56,439 nt of DNA, taken from assembly GCA_046724655.1 (NCBI GenBank), contig JBKOWY010000099.1:1-56439 (forward strand), given 5' to 3'. The translations under genes were made by a program, and so were the position numbers. Each line of letters opens with the position of its first letter. The first letter of the stretch is position 1. This stretch comes from Actinomycetota bacterium (GTDB lineage Bacteria; Actinomycetota; Acidimicrobiia; IMCC26256; JACDBD01). The notes below the pieces were generated by a model that was not told where the DNA came from, did not search any database, and saw nothing but the letters and a program-made list of their open reading frames with translations. This document shows positions 47,015 through 55,125 of this stretch, in pieces.

Positions 47015-47794
47015 GTGCCGCTCGAACCGTCCGCCGCGCTCTTGACGGATCGCGTCGCGGTCGTCACCGGCGCGGCCGTCGGCATCGGTGAAGCGATCGC
47101 GCTCGGCTTCGCCAACTTCGGCGCCCACCTCGCGATCTGTGACCGAGACGTTCCCAATCTCGACCAGACCGCAGACGCGATCGAAGCCATCGGGCGGCGC
47201 GTCGTCGCCGCGGAGCTCGACGTGCGTGAGGCCGATCAGGTCGACGGCTTCCTCGGTGTCGTGGGAGAGCAATTCGGGCGCGTCGACGTCCTCGTGAACA
47301 ACGCCGGAGGCGGTTTTCAGGCGGCGTTCCTCGAGGTGAACGCCAAGGGCCAGGACTCGCTGATACGCGAGAACTTCGTGAGCGTCACGCATTTCATCCG
47401 GAGTGCCGTCCCGCTGATGGTTGACGCCGGCGGCTCGATCGTCAACCTCACTTCGATCGAGGCCCATCGCGCCGCGCCCGGCTACGCGGTGTACGCGTCG
47501 ATGAAGGCCGCCGTCGCGAACCTCACCAAGACACTGGCGCTCGAGCTGGGTGACCGCATGATCCGGGTCAATTGCATCGCTCCCGACGTGATTCCCACAC
47601 CCGGCATCGGCGCAGACCTCCCGATGAACACACCGTTGCCTCGTCGCGGTGACGTGGACGACGTCGCTGCCGCGGCCGTCTACCTGGCCAGTGACCTCGG
47701 CCGGTTCGTTTCCGGTACCACGATCCACGTCGATGGCGGCAACTTTGCCGCCGGTGGATGGCGCCGCGCCGACGACGGAAGCTTCACGACGTGA
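47015..47794 (+). CDS. SDR family oxidoreductase
   Basis: TGAAVGIG, NNAGG, YASMK; GTG 8 nt after tagcct. Confidence 0.92.
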   Translation: MPLEPSAALLTDRVAVVTGAAVGIGEAIALGFANFGAHLAICDRDVPNLDQTADAIEAIGRRVVAAELDVREADQVDGFLGVVGEQFGRVDVLVNNAGGGFQAAFLEVNAKGQDSLIRENFVSVTHFIRSAVPLMVDAGGSIVNLTSIEAHRAAPGYAVYASMKAAVANLTKTLALELGDRMIRVNCIAPDVIPTPGIGADLPMNTPLPRRGDVDDVAAAAVYLASDLGRFVSGTTIHVDGGNFAAGGWRRADDGSFTT

Positions 47795-48642
47795 AGTTCG
47801 GGATCGCCCTTGGCGCGCTCAACGCCCATTTCCACTTCGACGTCACGGACGAGGCCGAGCGCCTCGGCTACGAGTCGGTCTGGCTGCCCGAGCACCTCGT
47901 GCTTCCCGTGCGGATGAGCCGGTCGCCGCATCCGGGGGAGGAGCACCCGCCCGTGCCGCCGACGACACCCGTGTTCGACGCCTTCACGTATCTCGGCTAC
48001 CTCGCGGGCCGCACCAGCCATGTGCGGCTGGGAACGCACGTGTACAACATCGGGCTCCGCCATCCGTTCATCGCCGCGCGCGCCGTGCAGACTCTCGACG
48101 TCGTGTCCGGCGGACGGGTCGAGTTCGGCGTGGGCGCGAGCTGGCTCGAAGAGGAGTGGCGCGCCGTCGAACTCGATTTCGAGTCCCGGGGGCGCCGTGT
48201 CGACGAGGCCCTCGAGGTGTGCAAGCGGCTGTGGAGCGAGCCCGAGGTCGCCCACCAAGGGGAGTTCTTTCGGTTCGACGCGGTCGCCTTCGAGCCCAAG
48301 CCGGTCCAGCAACCGTGGCCGCCGATCCTGATCGGCGGAGAAAGCCCCGCCGCGCTGCGACGCGCCGCTCGCCTCGGTGATGGCTGGGTCGGCATGGGCC
48401 ACACGCTCGAGACCGCCGGCGCACAGATCACGCGTCTGCGCGAGCTGCGTGGCGAGTACGGGCGCGATGACGCGTCATTCGAGATCTGCCTCGGCGGCGC
48501 GATCGAGACCGCCGACGACGTGAAGCGGTGGGAGGAGATCGGAGTGACGCGGCTCATCGTGTCGCCGTGGCGCCGGTCGCCCGAGGCGATCGACGGCATG
48601 CGTCGCTTTGCCGACCTCGTGGGGCTCGAGCCGCGCGGCTAG
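47791..48642 (+). CDS. LLM class, probable F420-dependent oxidoreductase
   Basis: ESVWLPEH, TLDVVSGGRV..GVG..W..EE, PKPVQ, ILIGG. Confidence 0.92.
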   Translation: MKFGIALGALNAHFHFDVTDEAERLGYESVWLPEHLVLPVRMSRSPHPGEEHPPVPPTTPVFDAFTYLGYLAGRTSHVRLGTHVYNIGLRHPFIAARAVQTLDVVSGGRVEFGVGASWLEEEWRAVELDFESRGRRVDEALEVCKRLWSEPEVAHQGEFFRFDAVAFEPKPVQQPWPPILIGGESPAALRRAARLGDGWVGMGHTLETAGAQITRLRELRGEYGRDDASFEICLGGAIETADDVKRWEEIGVTRLIVSPWRRSPEAIDGMRRFADLVGLEPRG

Positions 48643-48653
48643 CTAGTCACGCA

Positions 48654-49430
48654 TCAGGACTCACGCAACAGAGCGTCGGGGTGGCGTGCGAAGTCACGGA
48701 TGCTGCCCCGATTGCGAAACGCGACGGGCATGACCGACGACTGCATCGTGTAGCAGACGCCGCCCATCATCGGGCCGAGCTCGGCGGCCGAGTCGTAGGC
48801 CTCGAGGTCCATGCCCCGGCCCATGCCGATCTCGCACGCCCGGCGCAACACGATCGCGGCCTCGGCCGTCTCGGGGTCGAACGTCCGGTCTGCCCACCGG
48901 AAGAAGCCACCCCGCCACGGCGCGGCGTCGTACGGCGGGCTGTCGACGAGCCGGCGCAGACCGTCGCGCCCTGACAGCGTCCACACCAGCACGACCTCGC
49001 CGTCTCGCCAGAGGCGCGGTGCCATCATTCCGTCGACTGCGGGCGGGATCTCGGCGTCGTACTGGCGCCGCTCGAGCCGGCGGGCAGCGTGGCTGATGCA
49101 CAGGCCGGCGAGGTCGAACTGGTGGGTGCAGTTCATGCGCGGGTCGGCGACCGCGGCGATCGCAGTGCACCGAAGGGACAGGGGCATCCCCACGATCGGC
49201 TGCAGCTGCGCGGCCGCGTCGGGGCACGTGGCCCACGGCCAGCGGCGGGAGCGGGCCTCGATGCCGGTCACGCGCTCGCCGTCGTGGCGCAGCGTCACCT
49301 CGAAGTGGTGGAAGTCGTCCTCGAGCCCGCCCTCGACGACGCCGTTCTCCGCCGTGACGGTTCGGATCCGCCGCCGGTACGGTCCGTCAGGATCGCCGAC
49401 GCGGACGACCGGCGCGTCACGGTCCCTCAC
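48654..49430 (-). CDS. DUF2889-like Cys-rich protein
   Basis: YRRRI, LEDDFHHF, R.PW.TCP, NCTHQFDLA, LRRAC, CY; GTGA-coupled to upstream gene. Confidence 0.75.
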   Translation of the reverse strand: MRDRDAPVVRVGDPDGPYRRRIRTVTAENGVVEGGLEDDFHHFEVTLRHDGERVTGIEARSRRWPWATCPDAAAQLQPIVGMPLSLRCTAIAAVADPRMNCTHQFDLAGLCISHAARRLERRQYDAEIPPAVDGMMAPRLWRDGEVVLVWTLSGRDGLRRLVDSPPYDAAPWRGGFFRWADRTFDPETAEAAIVLRRACEIGMGRGMDLEAYDSAAELGPMMGGVCYTMQSSVMPVAFRNRGSIRDFARHPDALLRES

Positions 49431-51016
49431 GCGCTCCGGTTCCTTCCGCCTGGATATCCACCCCCGCCGAACTGCGCGTCGAGGGCGTCGTAATCGACCG
49501 CGAAGCCGTGCCGGGGTAGCTTCTCGACGAACTCCACTGTGCGCGGCTTCTTGTAGGACGCGATGTGCGAACGCGAGTGCTCGATGATCTCCTCCGCGGT
49601 CGCGGTCGCCCCGTCCTTCAACACGACGATCGCCTTCACGCTCTGCGTCCACCGTTCGTCAGGCACGCCGATGACCGCGCACTCGGCGACGGCGGGATGC
49701 TTGGCGATGGCGCACTCCACCTCGGCCGGGTAGATGTTCTCGGCCGCCGATTTGATCATGCGCGTCGCCGGCCCGATGAACGTGATCGTCCCGTCGGTCT
49801 CCCGTCGGCCGAGGTCGTTCGTGTGATGCCAACCGTTGCGCTGACGGCGCGCGTTCTCCTCGGGGCGGTTCCAATATCCGTTCATGACGGTCGGCCCACG
49901 CGCCACAATCTCGCCTGTCTCACCTGGCGCCACCTCGTGGTCGTCGGGGTCGACGATTCGGACCTGGACGACCGGCGACGGGCGGCCGTGTGAACCGATC
50001 GCGGCGTCGGCGAGCGTGTTGAACGTCAACATCCCCATGACCTCGGTCTGGCCGTAGCCGCCGGGATCGCGCGCCCACGGGCTCGTGTCGACCGTGATCA
50101 TCTCGTTCCATGCCCGCTTGCCCCGGAAGGCGCGGAGTGTCTTGAGGTTGTACCGGTGGTCCTTGTTCACCTCGAGGATCTGCTCGAGCGTCGGGCCGAT
50201 GAGGAACGCGCCCGTGCAGCGCTCCGCCTCGATGAGCCGGCACAGCTCCTCGGCGTCGACCCGCCGGGTGAACACGTTGGTGCCGCCGGCGACGAACGTC
50301 GCCAGAGTGGTCATGAACGTAGCGATGTGGAACAGCGGGCCACAGTTCAGGTACACGTAGTCGGCACCGATGTCGGCGAGGTGTCCCATCACGACGCCCT
50401 GGGTGATGAGCGCGGTGTGGCTGAGCATGGCGCCGTTGGGACGGCCGCTGAACGCGGCCGTGTAGATGAGGAGCAACGACGACGCCGGATCGATGACGTC
50501 TCCGCGGTCGTCGCTCGGTGCGTCGGCGATGAACTGCTCGTAGCTCCCATCGCCGTCGGCGTCGTGCCGGAGCCACAACGCCGAAGATCCGGCGAGGTCG
50601 CGAGCACCGCGGACGGTGTCGCCGATCTCCTCGTCCTGCCAGATGACGACCTTCGCGTCGACGTCGTCGACGACGAACGCCATCTCGTCGGCGCTCTGCC
50701 GCCAGTTGGCGGGGCAGAACATCGCTCCGAGCTTCGCCGCCGCCACCAGCCCTTCGACGACGCGGAACGAGTTCTGGCCGAGCCACAGCACCCGGTCACC
50801 CGGCTCGACCCCCGCGTCGCCGAGCGCGTTTGCGAGCCCGTTCACGCGGTCGTCGAGCTCTGCGTACGTGAGGCGGACGCCGCGACGGAAGTCGCGATCG
50901 ACGACGGCCGGCTTCTGGGGCCAGCTTCGCCGGTGCTCGCGCAGCACGTCGGCGAACGTGAGCCCGTGCAGCGCGTCCACCGCGTCCACCGCGTCCACCG
51001 CGGCATCTTCCCACAT
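49427..51016 (-). CDS. AMP-binding (ANL) superfamily protein with degenerate motifs
   Basis: PLFH, GYGQTE, GEIVARGP.VM.GYW, ENIYPAEVE present; P-loop reads YTAAFSGRPNG; start is ATG 51016 or a nearby GTG. Confidence 0.88.
   Translation of the reverse strand: MWEDAAVDAVDAVDALHGLTFADVLREHRRSWPQKPAVVDRDFRRGVRLTYAELDDRVNGLANALGDAGVEPGDRVLWLGQNSFRVVEGLVAAAKLGAMFCPANWRQSADEMAFVVDDVDAKVVIWQDEEIGDTVRGARDLAGSSALWLRHDADGDGSYEQFIADAPSDDRGDVIDPASSLLLIYTAAFSGRPNGAMLSHTALITQGVVMGHLADIGADYVYLNCGPLFHIATFMTTLATFVAGGTNVFTRRVDAEELCRLIEAERCTGAFLIGPTLEQILEVNKDHRYNLKTLRAFRGKRAWNEMITVDTSPWARDPGGYGQTEVMGMLTFNTLADAAIGSHGRPSPVVQVRIVDPDDHEVAPGETGEIVARGPTVMNGYWNRPEENARRQRNGWHHTNDLGRRETDGTITFIGPATRMIKSAAENIYPAEVECAIAKHPAVAECAVIGVPDERWTQSVKAIVVLKDGATATAEEIIEHSRSHIASYKKPRTVEFVEKLPRHGFAVDYDALDAQFGGGGYPGGRNRSA
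50972..51002. repeat. 9-bp tandem repeat (cgcgtccac x3)
   Basis: Encodes VDAVDAVDA at the N-terminus of the minus-strand gene. Confidence 0.8.
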
Positions 51017-51020
51017 TGAC

Positions 51021-51036
51021 CTGACACCAGTGTCAG
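51021..51036. promoter_or_regulatory. Palindrome ctgacac-ca-gtgtcag in divergent promoter
   Basis: 7-bp perfect arms between divergent genes. Confidence 0.55.
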
Positions 51037-51067
51037 CCGCGCGCGGTGACGAGTATCCTCCGCGCGC

Positions 51068-52231
51068 ATGAGCGGGCCCGGAGTGATCGACTGCGACCAG
51101 CACCTCTTCGAGTCGAGGACGCTGTGGACCGACTACGCCGACGCCCGCGGCCGCGACCAGGTGTTGCAGATCGTCGACGACGATGCCGGCAACTCGTGGC
51201 TGACGTGGCACGGACGCCGCATCGTCCTCGCCGACGTGACCATCCCCGGCGAGACCGACGAGGTCGGCGCCCGGCTCCAGCGCGCGCTGGCGGGGAACCC
51301 GCCCGAGCATCGGTACGACGACGCGCTCCCTCTTGAGTACTGGCAGCCCGCGGCCCGCATCGCCGAGCTCGACCGCCTCGGCCTCGAGGAGGCCTTCCTG
51401 TTCCCCAACTACGGCCTCGTGTGGGAACACACGCTCGCCGGCGACCTCGACGCCACGAAGACGAACATGGCGGCCTGGAACCGGTGGGCACTCGAGGTCA
51501 CGGCCGAGGGCAACGGCCGCTTCCACCCGGTCGCGCACCTGACGCTGCGCGACCTCGACTGGCTGGACGAGCAACTGGCCGCGCTAGCGGGCGGCGGCGT
51601 GCGGCTGGCGATGATCGCGCCGGCGCTCGTCGACGGACGGCCGCTGTCGCATCCCGAGCTCGATCGCGCCTGGGCAGCGTTCATCCAGCACGACATCGCG
51701 CCAGTGTTCCATGTCGCCAACCAGCAGCGGCCGTTCGACGAGGCGTGGTACGCGACCGACCCCGAGCCGACCAATCCGGTGCTGTCGTCAGTCTTCCTGT
51801 GGGTGCCGGCAGCTCTCGGAATCGCCGACCTCGTCGTGAACGGCGTGCTCGAGCGGCGTCCGGAGCTGCGCATAGGCGTCATCGAGCTGTCGGCGGTCTG
51901 GATGCCGATGTTCCTCATGTACCTCGACGGCGGCGTCCGCTTCGTGACGCGCCTCCACGGCAAGGCGATCACCGATCTGCCGCTGGCGCCCAGCGAGTAC
52001 GTGCGCCGCCAGGTGCGCGTCGCTGCGTTCTCGTATGAGCGTCCGGAGCGGCTGATCCAGAAGGTCGGCGATCTGTTCATGTGCTGCAGCGACTACCCGC
52101 ACTCCGAAGGCACCGCGCACCCGCTCGAGGACTACCGCGCCCTCGACGACACGACTTCCGATCCCGCGAACGCGCCCGGGCTGTACCGCAACAACGCGGC
52201 GTGGCTCCTCGGGCGGGGCAACGGCGCGTGA
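51068..52231 (+). CDS. Amidohydrolase_2 family protein
   Basis: IDCDQH, LFPN, AWNRW, FHV, SDYPHSEG. Confidence 0.92.
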   Translation: MSGPGVIDCDQHLFESRTLWTDYADARGRDQVLQIVDDDAGNSWLTWHGRRIVLADVTIPGETDEVGARLQRALAGNPPEHRYDDALPLEYWQPAARIAELDRLGLEEAFLFPNYGLVWEHTLAGDLDATKTNMAAWNRWALEVTAEGNGRFHPVAHLTLRDLDWLDEQLAALAGGGVRLAMIAPALVDGRPLSHPELDRAWAAFIQHDIAPVFHVANQQRPFDEAWYATDPEPTNPVLSSVFLWVPAALGIADLVVNGVLERRPELRIGVIELSAVWMPMFLMYLDGGVRFVTRLHGKAITDLPLAPSEYVRRQVRVAAFSYERPERLIQKVGDLFMCCSDYPHSEGTAHPLEDYRALDDTTSDPANAPGLYRNNAAWLLGRGNGA

Positions 52232-53121
52232 CCACCGCCAACGCCGAGTTCGAGTTCCTCGCTCCTCGCCACGACGTTCCAGCCGGCGGCCGCAGCGGCT
52301 TCACGATCGTCGACGAGCGACAGGTCCACTATCTGGAGTGGGGCCGCAGCTCGGCGCGGCCCGTGGTGTGTCTGCATGGCGGTGGCCAGACCGCGTACAT
52401 GTGGGAGGAGTTGGGCGCGACGCTCGCCACGACGCATCACGTTCTCGCGCCCGACCTCCCGGGCCACGGCGACTCGGACCCCATCGACGCGATGGATCGT
52501 CACTCGCTCGCTGCCACGATCCCGCCGCTGCTCGACGAGTTCGGCATCGAGCGCGCTGCGTTCGTGGGCGCCTCGCTGGGCGGGATCGTGAGCCTGACAC
52601 TCGCCGCCCGGAAGCCCGAGGTCGCCGTCGCCATCGCGCTGATCGACATCGGCCATCGACTCGAGGACGAAGGCGTCAACCGCATCATCGACTTCATGAC
52701 GCGCCACGAGTCGTTCGGCTCGCTCGAGGAGGCGGCGGCCGAGGTGGCCGAGTACCTGCCGCATCGCCGTCAGGTGAAGGTCGACAACCTGCGTCGTAAC
52801 CTGCGTCAACGGCCGGACGGCCGGTGGGAATGGAAGCACTCGTACGGACGGCGGCTCCGCTCCGCGGGCCAGCCCCCGGGAGGATGGCGCCAGCTCCTCG
52901 CCGGTCTCGACGCCGAGGTCACCGGGCTCACGTGCCCGGTGCTCGTGCTTCGAGGCGCGAAGAGTGACGTGCTCTCGAGCGAGGGGGCGGAGGAGGTGGC
53001 AGCGTTGATTCCCGACGCCCAGCTGGCGACGGTGGGCAGCGCCGGACATCACGCCGCCGGCGACAATCCCGAGACGACCGTCAGCTTGGTTCGGGCGTTC
53101 CTGGCCGAGACCGGTTGGTGA
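52228..53121 (+). CDS. Alpha/beta fold hydrolase
   Basis: LHGGGQ, DLPGHG, GASLGG, SD, AGH. Confidence 0.93.
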   Translation: MTTANAEFEFLAPRHDVPAGGRSGFTIVDERQVHYLEWGRSSARPVVCLHGGGQTAYMWEELGATLATTHHVLAPDLPGHGDSDPIDAMDRHSLAATIPPLLDEFGIERAAFVGASLGGIVSLTLAARKPEVAVAIALIDIGHRLEDEGVNRIIDFMTRHESFGSLEEAAAEVAEYLPHRRQVKVDNLRRNLRQRPDGRWEWKHSYGRRLRSAGQPPGGWRQLLAGLDAEVTGLTCPVLVLRGAKSDVLSSEGAEEVAALIPDAQLATVGSAGHHAAGDNPETTVSLVRAFLAETGW

Positions 53122-53129
53122 ACGCAGCC

Positions 53130-53176
53130 TTCTTGCGTCAGCTAGGCCCGTTATGGGTGCCTATTTGACGCAAGAA
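53130..53176. repeat. REP-like palindrome between convergent genes
   Basis: ttcttgcgtca...tgacgcaagaa 11-bp arms; contains the SDR stop codon. Confidence 0.7.
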
Positions 53177-54047
53177 CACTCGGATCGACCGGAAAGCCGA
53201 CGGAAGCCAGGAGCCGCTCGCTCTCGTCCCACAGGCGATCGGCGGCCGCGTCGTCGCGCGCCGCCCTGCTCATGTGGCCGGGGCGGCGGCGCACCCAGTA
53301 GCCACCCGTGACGCCGTCGAGTGACGGCTCGGAGGCCAGGTGGATCGACGTGCGCGCACCCCTCTTCGCGCTGATCTCGAACAGCCGAAAGATCTTGTTG
53401 CCGAACCCGAGGAAACCTTTCATGTCGCCGTCCATGCCGAACCCACTGCGAACGGCTCCCGGGTGTAGAGCGTTGGCGGTCACCTGCTGCGGTTCGAGGC
53501 GACGAGCCAAACCGCGCGTGAAGAGAACGTTGGCCAGCTTGGATTGGGAATACGCTCGCATCGCTGTGTAGCCGCGCTTGGTCTGCAGGTCATGCCACCG
53601 CATCCCTCGCATCCGCACGTGGTGACCGACCGACGCCACGTTGATTATGCGCGCCGGCGCGGAGGCCTTGAGGCGGTCGAGAAGCAGCGTGGTCAGGTAG
53701 AAGTGGCCGAGGTGATTGACGCCGAAGGTCTGCTCGAAACCCTGTGCGGTCATGCGCCGCTTCGTCCACATCCCGCCCGCGTTGTTGATCAACACGTCGA
53801 GGCGCGGCCAGACCTTGCTGATTTCCTCGGCGCACGCTCGGACGCTGGCAAGGTCGGCGAGATCGAGCCTGACGACGTGCACGTTCTCGCTCCCAGAGCG
53901 AGCCTTTACCTCGGCGGCGGCGACGATGGCCTTCTCCTGGTTGCGGCAGACCAGCACCACGGTGGCGCCCATCGAAGACAGCGCAACCGCGGTCTCCTTG
54001 CCGATGCCGACGTTCGATCCGGTGATGACGACGACCTTGCCGTCCAT
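53151..54047 (-). CDS. SDR, retinol dehydrogenase/WWOX-like
   Basis: TGSNVGIG, NNAG, VNHLGHF, YSQSKLAN, HPG.V. Confidence 0.93.
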   Translation of the reverse strand: MDGKVVVITGSNVGIGKETAVALSSMGATVVLVCRNQEKAIVAAAEVKARSGSENVHVVRLDLADLASVRACAEEISKVWPRLDVLINNAGGMWTKRRMTAQGFEQTFGVNHLGHFYLTTLLLDRLKASAPARIINVASVGHHVRMRGMRWHDLQTKRGYTAMRAYSQSKLANVLFTRGLARRLEPQQVTANALHPGAVRSGFGMDGDMKGFLGFGNKIFRLFEISAKRGARTSIHLASEPSLDGVTGGYWVRRRPGHMSRAARDDAAADRLWDESERLLASVGFPVDPSVLASNRHP

Positions 54048-54979
54048 CAGCCCGAAAGCGGGGTTCCGTCTCGGCGCACACCGGCAACGCGCCGCCACGG
54101 ACGCGGGATGCGTCCTCGCTTGATGACGCCGGCGTCGATCAGCGCGTTGAGGACGGCACCGGCGCACTGACGGCGGAGCTCGATGCGCCGCGGCAGGCGG
54201 CGAACCTTGCGCCAGGTTCGGAATGAAGGCAGCCCGACCGTCGCGTAGACGAACGGCTGCACCATGAAGTCGAACATGCCGACGATGCCGAACGGCACGA
54301 TCCTGCGGACCGCGAAGCGATCCGTCCAGGTGGCATTCCGGTAGTGCTCGCCCACTGTGGTGCGCGCGAAGGCGAGGTGACGGGCTTCCTCCATGCGGTG
54401 GTAGCGGCTGACGTCGCGCACGTAGTCGTCGGTATCGGGGTGCTCGGCGGCGAGCTTCTGGAAGAGATCGGGGATCTCCTCGCCCGCGAGCACGAAGGCG
54501 TCGAGCGTGGCCGGGCGGCGCATCAGCAACGGGAGCATGCGCGAGCGGATGCGAGCAGCGAGGGGGCTCTCGAACGGGTTGTGTTGCTTCGGCTCGAGCT
54601 GGTCGACGAGTCGCACGAACAGGCGGGAGTGACGTGTCTCCTCGCCGAGCTCGTGGAGCGCGTAGGTGAAGCGTGGGTCGGTGACGTCGGTGCTGAGCGC
54701 GAGCTGGTAGCCGAAGCCGGAAAGGAGGATTGCCTCGAAGAGGATCCCGAACCGCACGATGGAGGCCATCTCCTCCCGGGCCAGGGTGGCCCGCTGCTCG
54801 GGGGTGAGATCGAGGTCGAGCCCGTCGATCGAGAGCAGCTCGTCCGGGATCACCTGCTGCTTGGTCAGGGTGCCGGTGACCTCTTCGTCGGGCTCGATGA
54901 TCCGGCGCAGCGACGCCCGGTTGAGCTGCTCGATCCGCTTCGTGTTGCCGGTCTCGGGCCGGGTCTCGGTCGCAGTGAT
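54047..54979 (-). CDS. AurF-like diiron oxygenase
   Basis: FE..L, EETRH, GEE..D, EEARH ligand pattern; predicted ATC start after AGGAAGGA. Confidence 0.9.
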   Translation of the reverse strand: MTATETRPETGNTKRIEQLNRASLRRIIEPDEEVTGTLTKQQVIPDELLSIDGLDLDLTPEQRATLAREEMASIVRFGILFEAILLSGFGYQLALSTDVTDPRFTYALHELGEETRHSRLFVRLVDQLEPKQHNPFESPLAARIRSRMLPLLMRRPATLDAFVLAGEEIPDLFQKLAAEHPDTDDYVRDVSRYHRMEEARHLAFARTTVGEHYRNATWTDRFAVRRIVPFGIVGMFDFMVQPFVYATVGLPSFRTWRKVRRLPRRIELRRQCAGAVLNALIDAGVIKRGRIPRPWRRVAGVRRDGTPLSG

Positions 54980-55125
54980 GACTGTCCTTCCTGGGCTCGA
55001 GGACGATCGGGTCCAGATGAACGGCGGACGAAATGCCCAAAGGGCGCGGTACCGACCGCCTTCCCGTAATGTAGAGGATCTGAGAAGTTGATGCAATCCC
55101 TCATTTCAGGAGTTATGCTCTGCCG

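Noticed and set aside
46979-47728. 514-aa SDR 'fusion'
   Set aside because: The extension is the antisense frame of the divergent SDR
51017-51574. 715-aa version of the AMP-binding protein
   Set aside because: The extension is antisense to amidohydrolase 51068
54048-55040. 629-aa SDR 'fusion' with upstream sequence
   Set aside because: Off-frame read of the diiron oxygenase gene
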